Origin: Trueperaceae bacterium
GTDB lineage: Bacteria > Deinococcota > Deinococci > Deinococcales > Trueperaceae
Length of the DNA stretch: 64,000 bases
Assembly (NCBI GenBank): GCA_034521815.1
Contig: JAXHLW010000011.1
Location: 24,312 to 88,311, forward strand
Direction of reading: 5' to 3'
Shown: piece by piece, positions 38,967 to 49,783 of the stretch
Layout of the letters: each line of letters opens with the position of its first letter
Position numbering within the stretch: the stretch's first letter is position 1
Position numbers and translations under genes: made by a program
The notes under the pieces: model-generated
Database searches by the model: none
What the model saw: the letters and a program-made list of their open reading frames with translations, nothing else
Told to the model about the DNA's origin: nothing

Positions 38967-41266
38967 GTGAACAGGGGTGTCCTGCATGCCGTCGTGACAA
39001 CAGACGGTCGCTGGTTGCAGGTTTCGCCAGCGTTGTCCAGGTTGTTGTGGGGGCCAGGCGGGACCGTGCGTTCCCGCTCGCTGTACGACGTGATCCACCC
39101 CCGAGTCCGTCGCGTCGATGCGGAGGGTCGTGTCGGGCGCGGGCACGTCGAACGACACCTTCGGGTGCCAGCTGGTGCTGCACGACGGGTCGACCGTGTG
39201 GACGTACGTGCGGCTCGCCCGCGTCCACGACACGGCGGACGAAGCGGCAGACGAAGCGGACGACGAAGCGGCGGGCCAGACGCCCGCAGGGCGGGCGCAC
39301 CTTACGTTCTCCTACCCTCTGCTGGCGTCCCGCCTGACGCCCGTCAGGTCCCCGGCGGACGACCGCTTTCGGGCGTTCTTCGAGAACAGCTTCGATGCCG
39401 CGTTCCTCACCGCTCCGGACGGGCGGATCCTCGAGGCGAACCCGGCGGCATCCGCCATGTTCGGCTACACGCTCGAGGAGCTACGCGCCAAGGGCAGATC
39501 GGCCGTCGTCGACACGAGCGATCCGCGCCTCGCCACGATGCTGCGCGAACGGGAGGCGACCGGCGCCACCCGCGGCCACCTGTCGATGCGCCGCAAGGAC
39601 GGGTCGCGCTTCGAAGCGGACCTAGCGAGCAGCGTCTACACGGCCCCAGCGGCGAGGCGCGCACCAGCATCATGGTGCGAGACCTGACCGAACAGATCGA
39701 AGCGGAACAGGCCGACCGCCGCGAGACGATCGAGCTGGCCCGGCGCATCGAAGCGCTGACGGTCCAGACCAGCTTCGCGTCCAGTCCAGCAGCGATCTAC
39801 CGAGCCCTGCTCGACTTCGCCATGGCCGTGTCGCCCGCCGAAGCGATGCTGATCACCGAACGAGGCGAGAACGGCGCGTCCCTCGTCGACGTCTACGCCG
39901 GCTGGAACATGGGCGGCGCCTCCTCCGAGGAAGCGCCGCCACGCATACAGTCCGCCGCGCACGATCCCGCGACGCTCGACGCCGTCCTCAGAGAAGGACG
40001 GAGCACGATCGTGGACGACCTTCTTGCCGGATCACGTCCGGGCTTCTCGCCGGTGCTCGGCCCTGCCAGCGTGGCGGAACGCTCCCGCTCGGCGGTGCTG
40101 CTGCCCATGGCGGTCCTCGGCAAGATCGAGGGCATGGTCGAGTTCCGGTCGTCGCGACCCGGCGCGTTCGCCCAGCACCACGTGGCCCCGCTACGCCTGG
40201 CGGCGACCCTCGCAGCGATCAGCGTGAACGACCTTCGGCACCACGAACGCGAGCGGCAGGCCCGAAAGCGGGCCGAAGCCGGCTGGCGGCACCTCCAGGA
40301 GATCGTCGACCAAGCCCCGGTGATGATGGCGACGGCAGGCGGACCGGAGCACGTCTTCACCAGCGCCAACCGGCTGTATATGGAGACGCTCGGACTCGAG
40401 GACATCGTCGGAAAGCGCGTCATCGACGTGCTTCCCGAGATCGAGGCGCAAGGCATCATCGACATCCTCGACCGCGTATACGACACCGGCGAGCCGTTCG
40501 TCGCGAACGGCATGCCGATGGACCTCGACGTTCAGGGAGAGGTCGACGCGGTTCTACTTCAACCTGGTCTACCAACCGATCCGCGACGGCGACGGCAAGG
40601 TCACCGGCATCCTGGCCAACGTGAACGACGTCACCAGCCTGTTCCGAGCCAACGAGAGGCTGCACGCCCTCAACGTCGAGCTACGCGAAGCGTACGACCA
40701 GACCATCCGAAGCTGGGCCCTGGCGCTGGACATCTGGGACGAGGACACCGCCGGCCACAGCCAACGCGTCACCGACCTCACCGTCCGCCTGGCCACCCGC
40801 CTCGGCATCCACGGCGACGACCTCGAGCACGTCCGCCGCGGCGCGCAGCTGCACGACATCGGCAAGATGGCGATCCCCGACCGGATCTTGTCGAAACCGG
40901 GCACGCTCACGCCGGACGAATGGGAGATCATGAAGACCCACACCACCCAGGGCGCACGGTTCCTGGAACCGATCGCCTACCTCCGGCCCGCCATCGACAT
41001 CCCCCGCCACCACCACGAACGCTGGGACGGCAGCGGCTACCCGGACGGCCTGGCCGGCGAGGCGATCCCCCTACCCGCCCGGATCTTCGCCGTCGTCGAC
41101 GTCTACGACGCGCTCACCAGCGACCGGCCGTACCGCGCGGCGTGGACGCACGAGCAGGCGATCGCGCACATCGAGGCCGGCACCGGCAGCCACTTCGACC
41201 CGCGGATCGCACCGGACTTTCGTCGAGATGATGGCGGACCGCGCCTCCCACGGTATGCGTCAGTAG
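38967..41266 (+). pseudogene. PAS-PAS-GAF-PAS-HD-GYP phosphodiesterase (about 765 aa) with four frame breaks (about 39125, 39640, 40545, 41218)
   Basis: Text runs through ORF 38889-41231 (VLHAVVTTDGRWLQVSPALSRLLWG..), then ORF 39118-39687 (..FRAFFENSFDAAFLTAPDGRILEANPAASAMFGYTLEELR..). It returns to the first frame (..IMVRDLTEQIEAEQ.., GAF, ..QEIVDQAPVMMATAGGPEHVFTSANRLY..), then ORF 40621-41613 (..FYFNLVYQPIRDGDGKVTGILANVNDVT..GHSQRV..QLHDIGKMAIPD..HHERWDGSGYPDGL..). It ends ..FVEMMADRASHGMRQ, TAG 41264-41266. GTG 38967 is preceded by GGGGG. Confidence 0.8.
39238..39273 (+). repeat. 12-bp tandem repeat x3 inside the PAS-HD-GYP gene
   Basis: gacgaagcggca / gacgaagcggac / gacgaagcggcg, encoding DEAADEADDEAA in an inter-domain linker. 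Confidence 0.7.
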
Positions 41267-42271
41267 GTCGGGAGTCCGGAGGCGTTCGCTTTGACGCCGA
41301 ACTCCTCGCGGAAGCGCCGCGTGATCTGGTGGAGCGCGTTCAGGCTCAGGGCGTCCCCGTACTCGCCGTCGCACGCCGCGAGCACCTGCTCGAGCTGCCC
41401 GACGTCGTTGATGCTCACCACCGTGCTGGCGACGTCGGGGCGTCAGCGAGAACCGCAGGGCCAGCTCGGTCCAGGACGTGTCCGGCTCGCCCAGCACGCG
41501 CTTCGCCTCCTCGAGCTGGTCGTAGGCGCGGTCCCATTCGGGCCCGTTCATGCGATCACCGGCGGGCAGCGCGGCGCGGTCGATCCGCTTGTCGGTCAGC
41601 AGGCCGCCCATGAGCGGCCGAATGCCGATGAAGCCCGCCCCGCGGCGTCGCAGCTCGGGGAACAGGTCCAGCATCTCCGTCTCGAGGAGATCGAAGTAGG
41701 CGACGACCCCTTCGAACAGGCCGGTCTCGAGGGCCGCGCGGGCGTACCCGACCGTGTAGGGAAACGTCGCGAGGTGGCCGATCTTGCCTTCGGACGTCAG
41801 CTCCTCGACGACTTCCCCGAGCGGCTCGACGATGCTCGGGAAGGTCGGCCAGCCGCTGCGGCTCGCCCGCCTCCTGGTAGGCCACGCGCGCGGTCCAGCG
41901 CTGCCACGCTGCAGGTGCTGCACCACGGCGATCCGCTCGGCGTGCAGGTCGCGCAGCGCATCCTCCACCTGGGCGCGAAACGCCGCCTTGTCGAAGCGCT
42001 CCTCTCCCCAGTCGGGAACGTTGACCTTGATGACGTGATGCACCTCGTCACGCTTGGGGTAGCGCGCCATGACCTCGCCGGTCGCCCAGCGGGTCCCGTA
42101 CTCGTAGCTCGAGTGGACGCAGTTCACGCCGCGCTCGAGCGCCTCCTCCAGCGCATGCATGCCGTTCAGGCTCTTCTCGTCGCGACCCGGCTCCTTCGCC
42201 GCGAAGCGCATCGTGCCGAAACAGACTTCCGACACGCGAAGGTCCGTGCTTCCGAACTGTCGGTACTTCAT
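41260..42271 (-). pseudogene. Aldo/keto reductase (about 336 aa) with three frame breaks (about 41925, 41845, 41437-41440)
   Basis: ATG 42271 with GAGGAGG upstream. MKYRQFGSTDLRVSEVCFGTMRF..GVNCVHSSYEYG..IAVVQHLQR; an out-of-phase middle WQRWTARVAYQEAGEPQRLADLP; back in phase ..SIVEPLGEVVEELTSEGKIGHLATF..GFIGIRPLMGGLL..ALRFSLTP. Then one base out of phase after a GGGG(+)/CCCC(sense) run: DVASTVVSINDVGQLEQVLAACDG..GLPTY, stop TGA 41260-41262. Confidence 0.8.
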
Positions 42272-42287
42272 GGTTCGCCTCCTCGTT

Positions 42288-43328
42288 TCACGTCCCGTCG
42301 TCGCTGCGCGCGGTGGCTCCGCGCGCCGGGACGGTCGACTGGCGCACTCGTTGACGACCGCGTGCGACCTTCTCACGGTACATGGCCCGGTCGGCGTGCT
42401 CGACGAGATCGTCGACGCTCGTCGCATCGTCGGGATACGTCGCCGACCCGACGCTGATGCCCAGCTCGATGTCGGGCGCCACGGCGAGGACGCGCCCCGT
42501 CGATCGCCGCTCGGATCCGGCTCGATCACGGTCGCGCTACCGTCGCGGCCCCGGAGGAGGACGCCGAACTCGTCACCACCGAGACGAGCCACGGTGTCGC
42601 CGTCCCGGACGGTGGCGAGAAGGCGGATGGCCACCTCCAGGAGAACCGCGTCGCCGACCGAATGACCGTACCTGTCGTTGACCGCCTTCATCCCGTCCAG
42701 ATCCGCCATGAGCACCTGACAGAACACGCCCTCGCGGTCGGACGCGATCCAGGACGAGAGGCGGTCACGGAAGAACGCCCGGTTCGCCAGGCCCGTCAGG
42801 TCGTCCCGCGTGGCGCGACGGAACAGCTCGTTGCCCTGTACGGCCGTGGCGTGGTGAAGCGCCGCGGCGATCAAGCCGGACATGAGCTCCAGCAACGCCA
42901 CGTCCTCCGAGGCGAAGGCGTCGGCACGGGCGGCATAGACCTTCAGGACCCCGACCGGGCTCTCGCTGTACAGTGAGCGGTACCACGACCATCGAGATAG
43001 CGCCCACCTTGCGGGCCGCGACCAGGTCGACCCGCGGATCGGTCGCCGCGTCGTCGCAGACCAGGGTGACGCCCTCGCGCACGCACCGCCCGGAGAGGCT
43101 GGTGGCGGCGTCGAGGCGCAGACCCAGGTGCGGCTCGGCCGTGCCGGCGACCGCCCGGTACACCATCTCATCGCCTTCGAGCAGCTCGACGGCAGCGCCG
43201 TCCGCCTCCGTCAGCGTCAACGCTCGCTTCGCCACGACGTCCATGACGCCGTCGAGATCCAGTCCCAGCCGAGCGATGCTCGTCTGCGTCTCGATCACGG
43301 CCAGAAGCTGATCGGTGGTCGGCTGCAT
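42288..43328 (-). pseudogene. GAF-GGDEF diguanylate cyclase (about 346 aa) with at least two frame breaks (about 42975 and 42500)
   Basis: ATG 43328 with GGAGGG upstream. MQPTTDQLLAVIETQTSIARLGLDLDGVMDVV..VAARKVGAISMVVVPL (ORF 42765-43394). Then ..SPVGVLKVYAARADAFASEDVALLEL..DDLTGLANRAFF..NDRYGHSVGDAVL..RDGDTVARLGGDEFGVLL (frame of ORF 41114-43171). Then ..ELGISVGSATYPDDATSVDDLVEHADRAMYREK (ORF 42288-42482). Confidence 0.8.
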
Positions 43329-43421
43329 GCGAAATCCCTCCGAACGTCGCGAGTCTACCCAGCGGCCATCGGGTACGCTCGTCGTCCTGTGCACGTCCAG
43401 CGGCCCGGTCTTCGTGGGCGG

Positions 43422-43736
43422 TCAGCCGACCAGCCTCAGCCCGACGATGCAGACGATGAGGCCCGCCAGCAGCGCGATCTTCACGAGCGACACCGCATCG
43501 GTGCCGGTCGCCATGCCGTACGCGACCGTGAGCGCTGCACCGACGCCGACCCAGACCGCGTACGAGGTGCCGGTCGGCAAGCTCCGCATCGCGTACGCCA
43601 AGCCCGCCATGCTCGCGCTCAACGCGACGAAGAAGACGACGCTCGGCCCCATGCGCGAGAAGCCCTCGGACCGTCCGAGCGCCGTCGCCCAGACGGCCTC
43701 CAAGACGCCGGACACCAGAAGCACGAACCATGCCAC
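43422..43736 (-). CDS. sugE: SMR-family small multidrug-resistance-type exporter, SugE/Gdx (guanidinium exporter)-like (104 aa)
   Basis: Tail of ORF 43422..45368(-) from GTG 43736. VAWFVLLVSGVLEAVWATALGRSEGFSRMGPSVV..AMRSLPTGTSYAVWVGVGAAL..LIVCIVGLRLVG aligns by eye with E. coli SugE (..[44 protein letters not shown]..). It lies 11 nt after the ATP-grasp stop. Confidence 0.85.
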   Translation of the reverse strand: MAWFVLLVSGVLEAVWATALGRSEGFSRMGPSVVFFVALSASMAGLAYAMRSLPTGTSYAVWVGVGAALTVAYGMATGTDAVSLVKIALLAGLIVCIVGLRLVG

Positions 43737-43747
43737 CTGACCGACCC

Positions 43748-45040
43748 TCAGCTCTCGGAGAACCGGAACGGCAACGCTTCCAGCACCCGCGCGTAGTTCG
43801 CCAGCAGCGTCTCCTCGTCGTCCGCCCCCAGCCATAGCTGCGCGACGGCGTAGCTGTAGCTGTCCTGCTCCGGTAGCTCGCTCAGGCGCATGCCTTCGCG
43901 CACCTGCACGGCGATGCGGGTACCGGGCACCAGCGCTTCGGCGGCTCGGGTCTCGGCCGGCGTGGGGCAGCGTTCGACCGTCGCGTCGCCGGTGAACACG
44001 CGATGGAAGAAGTTCGCCGACACCGCGTACTCGCCCTCGCGGTGCGGCATGGCGGGGCGCCGGCCCAGCCCCAGGTCCACGGTCACCTGCTGATGGCTCA
44101 GCCCGTCCACCTGCTCGAACAGGTCGCAGTGGTCCTTCGCGATGCGCGTGTTGATCTCCAGGAGCCAGACGTGATCCTGCACCTCGTCCCAGAAGAACTC
44201 GATGTTGAACGCCGCATCGTCGTAGCCGACGTGCGTCATCACGCGGCGCGCGAGCTCGCGCATGCGCGCCTGCACCGGCTCCGGCAGCCGGGACGGGTAG
44301 AGGTAGTGGAAGAAGCTCAACACGTGCGGGTAGCGGATGGAATCCACGATGCCGTAGGCGACGACCTCGCCGTCCTGCACGTACCCCTCCAGCGTGCACT
44401 GCCAGCCGCCGATCATCTGCTCGGCCATGCAGGCGTGCCCCGCCACCGCACGGATTTCGGCGGGAAGCTCGGCCTGGGCCAGCACGTGGTCGAACGGCTC
44501 GGCGATCGAACGGATCCCGGCGCGAAGGCGCTCGATCGCCACCGCGAAGTCCTCCGGGCTGTCGATGCGGAACCCGAGCCAGGAGCCCGACGATTTGACC
44601 GGCTTGACGAAGAACGGGAACGAGAGGCCAGCCGCGCCGATCCGGTCGAGGACGTCGTCGTCGAACGGGTCGAACCAGGTGAAGCCGGGGACGGCTTCTG
44701 GAATCACCTCGCGCTGGGCGAGACGGCTCCAGTACTTGTGCTGGCACTTCAGCAGCGCCTCGAGCCGCACCGAGCGGACGCCGAACCGCGGGCACAAGAA
44801 CGGCAGCATGGTCGAGACCGGGAAGTCCATATAGCCGATGATCGCGTCGACCGTTCCCGCCTCGCCGGCGATCCGCGCCTCGGCTTCCGCCAGCATCGCC
44901 TCGATGTCCCATTCGTCCGTGTCGTAGATGGCGGCGGGGTCGATGACGCCGTGGAAGGTCACGTCCTCGACCCCCCGCAGGCGTTTCAGGCGCTCGTGGT
45001 TGAGATCGTTGAGGCCGACGACGAACACGTTCTTGGGCAT
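43748..45040 (-). CDS. Uncharacterised ATP-grasp domain protein (430 aa)
   Basis: ORF 43748..45082(-), start at second ATG 45040 with GAGGAG upstream. MPKNVFVVGLNDLNHERLKRL..AIIGYMDFPVSTMLPFLC..LKCQHKYWSRL..FPFFVKPVKSSGSWLGFRI..MAEQMIGGWQCTLEGYV..FNIEFFWDEVQDHVWLLEINTRIAKDHCDLF. This is an ATP-grasp fold by motif pattern; I do not know an assigned function for this subfamily. Confidence 0.85.
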   Translation of the reverse strand: MPKNVFVVGLNDLNHERLKRLRGVEDVTFHGVIDPAAIYDTDEWDIEAMLAEAEARIAGEAGTVDAIIGYMDFPVSTMLPFLCPRFGVRSVRLEALLKCQHKYWSRLAQREVIPEAVPGFTWFDPFDDDVLDRIGAAGLSFPFFVKPVKSSGSWLGFRIDSPEDFAVAIERLRAGIRSIAEPFDHVLAQAELPAEIRAVAGHACMAEQMIGGWQCTLEGYVQDGEVVAYGIVDSIRYPHVLSFFHYLYPSRLPEPVQARMRELARRVMTHVGYDDAAFNIEFFWDEVQDHVWLLEINTRIAKDHCDLFEQVDGLSHQQVTVDLGLGRRPAMPHREGEYAVSANFFHRVFTGDATVERCPTPAETRAAEALVPGTRIAVQVREGMRLSELPEQDSYSYAVAQLWLGADDEETLLANYARVLEALPFRFSES

Positions 45041-45109
45041 GGCACGCTCCTCGGGTGGCGCGGCGCCGGTGGCCGGCGCCACCGGAAGGGTGCGGTCGAT
45101 ACCGGCCGC

Positions 45110-47732
45110 TCAGTCGGAGGTCGGGGCCTTCGTCCGGAAGGTGCGGCCCTTCAGCCGCGCGATCGTGCCGTCGATGTCGTCCACGAGAAGCAGGAGCAGA
45201 TCGCCGGGAGCCGCGGCGTCCATGGCGCGGCCGATGGCCGCGTACTCGTCCATGACGAACTCCACGCGGGCGCACCCGGCTCGGGAGGCGCCCCGCGCCA
45301 TCAGCTCGGCGGACTCGCCGACGCGCCGGCCGCGCGGGTCCGTCTCGCACACGAAGAGCTCGTCGCACATCGCGGCCAGATGCGCTCCCAACGCCTCCAA
45401 ATCCTCGTCCCGCCGGTTGCCCGGCGCGCTGGCCACACCGATGCAGCGTTCGACCGTCAAGCCCCGGACGAGCGGCTCGAGGGCCCTGATGGCGGGCACG
45501 TTATGCCCGTAATCGAGGAGACAGCGCACGCCGTCGGCCTCGATGAGGTTGGTGCGTCCGGGCAGCTGCGTGGGCGTGGGATGGAAGGTCTGCAGGCCCA
45601 TGCGGATGTCGCCCAGGGTGAGCCCCAGCGCGTGCCCGGCCGCCGCGGCGGCCATCGCGTTCTGGACGTTGAACGGGGCGTGGCCTTCGAACGCGATCGG
45701 TACGTCGTTCACGTCGACGATCTCCGCCTCGACGCGCCCCTGCCGCATCACGATCCGCCCAGAGGCCACGGTGAAGACGGTGCCGTGATCGGCGACATGA
45801 CGGGCCAGGACGTCGGCGTCCGGATCCAGCGAGAAGTAGACGATGCGGCCACGCGACCACGGGACGCCGTGCTCCATCACGCGTGGATCGTCCGCGTTGA
45901 GGACGCAGGTGCCCTCGGGCTTGACGGCGTCCACGACGACGGTCTTGCAGCGGGCGAGCTCGTCGAGCGTCTCGATGTCGCGCTCCCCCAGGTGATCGCT
46001 GTCGATGTTCAGCAGGACGCCGACGTCGCAGGCGTCGAAGCCGAGCCCCCGCCGCATGATCCCGCCCCGGGCGACCTCCAGGACGGCGTGATCGACGGTG
46101 GGCTCGCGCAGCACCACGCCGGCCGCCATCGGTCCCGAGTAGTCGCCGCGCATGACGATGTGATTGTCGATCTCGATGGTCCCCGTGCAGGCCAACCCCA
46201 CCTGGCGCCCCGCCTGGCGCAGCAGGTGCGCCAGCAGCCGCGACGTGGTGGTCTTGCCGTTGGTTCCGGTGATGGCGGTGATGGGGATGCGGCCGTCGTC
46301 CGCGGGGTCCGGGAAGAGCATGTCCACCACGGCCTCGCCCACCGGCCGGCCGGCGCCGTGCGTCGGCGCCATGTGCATGCGGAAGCCGGGACCGGCGTTG
46401 ACCTCCACCACCCCCGCCGACTGCGCCTCGAGCGGCTCTGCGAGCGTCTCGGCCAGCAGGTCGATGCCGATGATGTCCAGTCCGATCAGGCGCGCGATGC
46501 GTTCGGCGGCGTACACGACCTCGGGATGCACGTCGTCGGTGCGGTCGGTCGCGGTGCCGCCCGTGGACATGTTGGCGGTCGACTTGAGCCACACGACCTC
46601 GCCCTCGGGGATCACGTGGCCGAACGTCAGGCCCGCTTGGGCGACCAGGCGGGTCGTCTGCTCGTCGATGTGGATCTGCGTGAGCAGGTTCTCGTGTCCC
46701 ACGCCTCGGCGCGGGTCGGCGTTCTCTTGGTCGATCAGCTCCTGCAGGGTCGCGGCGCCGTCGCCCACCACGTGCGCCGGCCGTCGCCTGGCGGCGGCGA
46801 CCAGCTTCCCGTCGATCACCAGCAGCCGGTGGTCCTCGCCCCGGATGTAGCGCTCGACGACCACGGCGTCGTGACGCTGCCGGGCGGCCTCGAACCCTAC
46901 CGTGAGCGCCTCGGGCGTGCCGATGTCGGTCGAGACGCCACGCCCGTGGTTCCCGGAGAGCGGCTTGGTGACGACCGGATAGCCGATCGCCTCCGCCGCC
47001 GCCAGCGCCTCGGCCAGGTCGTAGCAGATGCGGCCCTCCGGCACGGGGATGCCGGCGTCCCGGAGGATCTGCTTCGTCCAATCCTTGTCGTCGGCGATGG
47101 AGGTCCCCAGGATGTTGGTGCGGTTGGTGACGGTCGCCTGGAAGCGCTGCTGCTTCGTGCCCTGACCGAGCTGGATGTAGCTGGTGTCGCTGGTCCAGTC
47201 GGTAGTGGGGAATGCCGCGTCGCTTGGCGGCGTCGACGATCGCGCCCGTCGACGGTCCCAGCATGTTGGCGTCGCGCACCGCCTTGAGGCGGTCGATGAC
47301 CGGCTCCAGGTCGACCACCGCGCCGTCGAACAGGGCCCGCACCAGCGCGACCGCCTCCTCCCCCGCGGCGAGCCCGCAGGCCTCGTCACGGTAGCGGTAG
47401 ACGACGTTGTAGACGTTCGGCTCGTAGCTGTCGACCGTCTTGCCGTAGCCGACGGAGAAGCCGATCATGTTCTGCAGCTCGATCGCCAGATGCTCGACGA
47501 CGTGACCCGCATACGTTCCCATCGCCACGCGCTGCAGGAAGCCGCCCGGCGTCCCGATCGAGCATCGGTGCTCGTAGATGCCGGGCATGAGCGCACGAAG
47601 GCGATCGGGCAAGCCCGGCACCATGTCGCTGGTGCGATCGTGCAGGTTCTCGATGTCCAGCCGCAGGTAGATCGCCGGATACCGGCTGTAATAGTTGGGA
47701 CCGCGCAGGGCGCGGTGCTCGAGGATCTTCAT
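45110..47732 (-). pseudogene. cphA: Cyanophycin synthetase (about 873 aa) with one frame break near 47192
   Basis: N-terminus MKILEHRALRGPNYYSRYPAIYLRLDI..AAKRRGIPHYRLD in ORF 45501-47783. The rest, SDTSYIQLGQGTKQQR..ATP-grasp..VEVNAGPGFRMH..ITGTNGKTTTSRL..(Mur-ligase-like)..DYGHN.., is in ORF 45110-47389, one base out of phase at a GG(+)/CC(sense) run. Length is 3n+1. An alternative ATG at 47783 would overlap cphB. Confidence 0.9.
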
Positions 47733-47745
47733 TCCTTCTTCGATA

Positions 47746-48591
47746 TCACGCCGGATCGTCTTCGTGAGGTACGGGCCACTCATCGTGTGCGTGAATGAAG
47801 GCGCGCCGCTTCACGTCGTAGCCATAGCCACTGGCGAGTGCGTGCATGATCACGTGCTCGACCGCGACCGGCTCGCCCACCTCGAGATCGACCACGTTCG
47901 TGTGGCGCAGCTGGCTGCTGTCCACGACGATCACCAGGCCCGGCCCGACCGCCTCGAGCACGGGGCCGGGATGGATCACCACGGCGGCGTCTTCCCCGAT
48001 GCCCACCCCGACGTACTCGGGGTTGGTGGTGCCCACCTCCATCAGCCGCGTGAAGCGGCCACGTTCCAGGAAGTGGCTGTCGATCACGATCCCGCGCGCG
48101 AAGGCCAGGCCCGCCGCCATCTTCACCGCGCCCTTGCGGAGCGCGTTGGCGGCGTCGCCGTCGTAGATCATGGTGGCCGTCAGCGCCGCAGCGCCCGCGC
48201 TGGTCCCGGCGACCACGGCGCCTGCGGCATGGCGTTCACGGATCGCCGTCAGGAACGGCGATCCGCCGAGAACGTTGGTGAGCCGCAGCTGATCGCCGCC
48301 ACTGATGAAGATCAAGCCGCACGCGTCGAGGATCGCCAGCTGCGCCGGGTCGTGGGCCGCCGCCCGGTCGGGCACGTCCAGGTGGTGCACGGCCCGTGCG
48401 CCGAACGCCTCGAAGGCGTGGAGGTAGGCGGAGAAGGCGTCGGCGGGATAGCGGCTGGCGGTGGTGATCACGCCGACATCGAACGGCTCTCCGGGCACGA
48501 GGTCGAGGACGCGCTTGAGCACGGCCGACTCGGTGGTCCGGTCCTCGGCGCCGCCGATGGCGATCAGGGCACCGCTCTTTGGAGGGGTCAT
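47746..48591 (-). CDS. cphB: Cyanophycinase (peptidase S51, 281 aa)
   Basis: Intact ORF. GALIAIGGAED..GLIFISGGDQLRL..VVAGTSAGAAALT (Ser nucleophile)..VIDSHFLERGRFTRL..GVGIGEDAAVV. Confidence 0.9.
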   Translation of the reverse strand: MTPPKSGALIAIGGAEDRTTESAVLKRVLDLVPGEPFDVGVITTASRYPADAFSAYLHAFEAFGARAVHHLDVPDRAAAHDPAQLAILDACGLIFISGGDQLRLTNVLGGSPFLTAIRERHAAGAVVAGTSAGAAALTATMIYDGDAANALRKGAVKMAAGLAFARGIVIDSHFLERGRFTRLMEVGTTNPEYVGVGIGEDAAVVIHPGPVLEAVGPGLVIVVDSSQLRHTNVVDLEVGEPVAVEHVIMHALASGYGYDVKRRAFIHAHDEWPVPHEDDPA

Positions 48592-48672
48592 CGGTCGTCA
48601 CGATAGCCCGGACGGCGGGCCGCGGTGGTATGCGACGCGCTAGAGCGCACGACGGGTCGGTCCAGGCACGGC

Positions 48673-49507
48673 TCATTCGATGACGCGGTGGAGAAAGCCG
48701 TCCTTCCCTTTCCGCTTCACCTCGTACATGAGCTCGTCGGCCTGCACGATCGCCGCGGACGGATCGTCAGGAGGGCTTGCGAAGGTGAGGACCCCGACGC
48801 TGAAGGTGACGGGATAGCCTTCGTCTCGCGTCGCGCTCCGCAGCGCCTCCGACAGACGTTCGATCGTGGCGCGTGCGTTTTCCGGCCCGGTTTCGGGCAG
48901 CAGGAGCATGAACTCGTCGCCGCCTAGGCGACCAGCGAGATCGACGTCCCGCACGTGCTCCTGAAGCGTGCGTGCGATGCGCTGCAGCAGCCGGTCGCCG
49001 GCCTGGTGGCCGTACGTGTCGTTCACCGCTTTGAAGTCGTCGATGTCGATGTACCCGATCGTGAGGGGGTGGACGTAGCGTTGCGCCCTCTCTACCTCCC
49101 GCACCAGGTTCTCGAGGAACCAACCGCGGTTGGCGAGTCCGGTGAGATTGTCGGCTGCGGCTATGCACCTCGGCAAGGGCGAGCTGGGTGCGAAGCTCCC
49201 CGACCAGCCAGGCGACCAGTGCGAGCGTGGAGAGGCGCATGACGAGGTTCCAGGCCGGGAGGAGTTCGGAGCTCGACTTGGGAAGGTACGGGACGTGGGC
49301 GACCGTCCAGATGACCGCACCGATCGCGGCCAGCGTCATGCCCGCGGTCCGCGGGCCGCGCCAGCTGGCGATCAGCACCGGCAGGACGTAGAAGCTGGAG
49401 TAGGCCAGGTCCGGATCGGTGACGAGATCGATGAACCCGACCGCTGCCACGATCACGACCGCAGCGCCGACGACCAGCCACGCCGGAGCGTTCGCGATGG
49501 ACGTCAT
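48673..49507 (-). pseudogene. Membrane-anchored GGDEF diguanylate cyclase (about 278 aa) with one frame break near 49160
   Basis: MTSIANAPAWLVVGAAVVIVAAVGFIDLVTDPDLAYSSFYVLPVLIASW..LVGELRTQLALAEVH (frame of ORF 48767-49747). Then ..AAADNLTGLANRGWF..NDTYGHQAGDRLL..RDVDLAGRLGGDEFMLLL..ADELMYEVKRKGKDG (ORF 48673-49320). Length is 3n+1. Confidence 0.82.
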
Positions 49508-49783
49508 GACTCGACGGCTCAGAACGTGCGACTCCAGCTGTCCGGCCAGCGCTCGATGCCGATGTTGCCGGCGTCGGCGCGATACCGGAAGGCGCGTACC
49601 GGAGGCGCGGGCCACGGAGGCGACCTCGATCAGCACCTGTCCCGTCCGACCCGTGGCTCGGGCACCTCGCCCAGCTCGACGTGCCCCGGTCCTCCTGCGA
49701 CGTTCATGACGGCCTGCACATTGAGCCACCTCTCGATCGTCCGTCACGATAGCGCAGCCGCTGGCCGCCGCCCTGTCCTCGGC

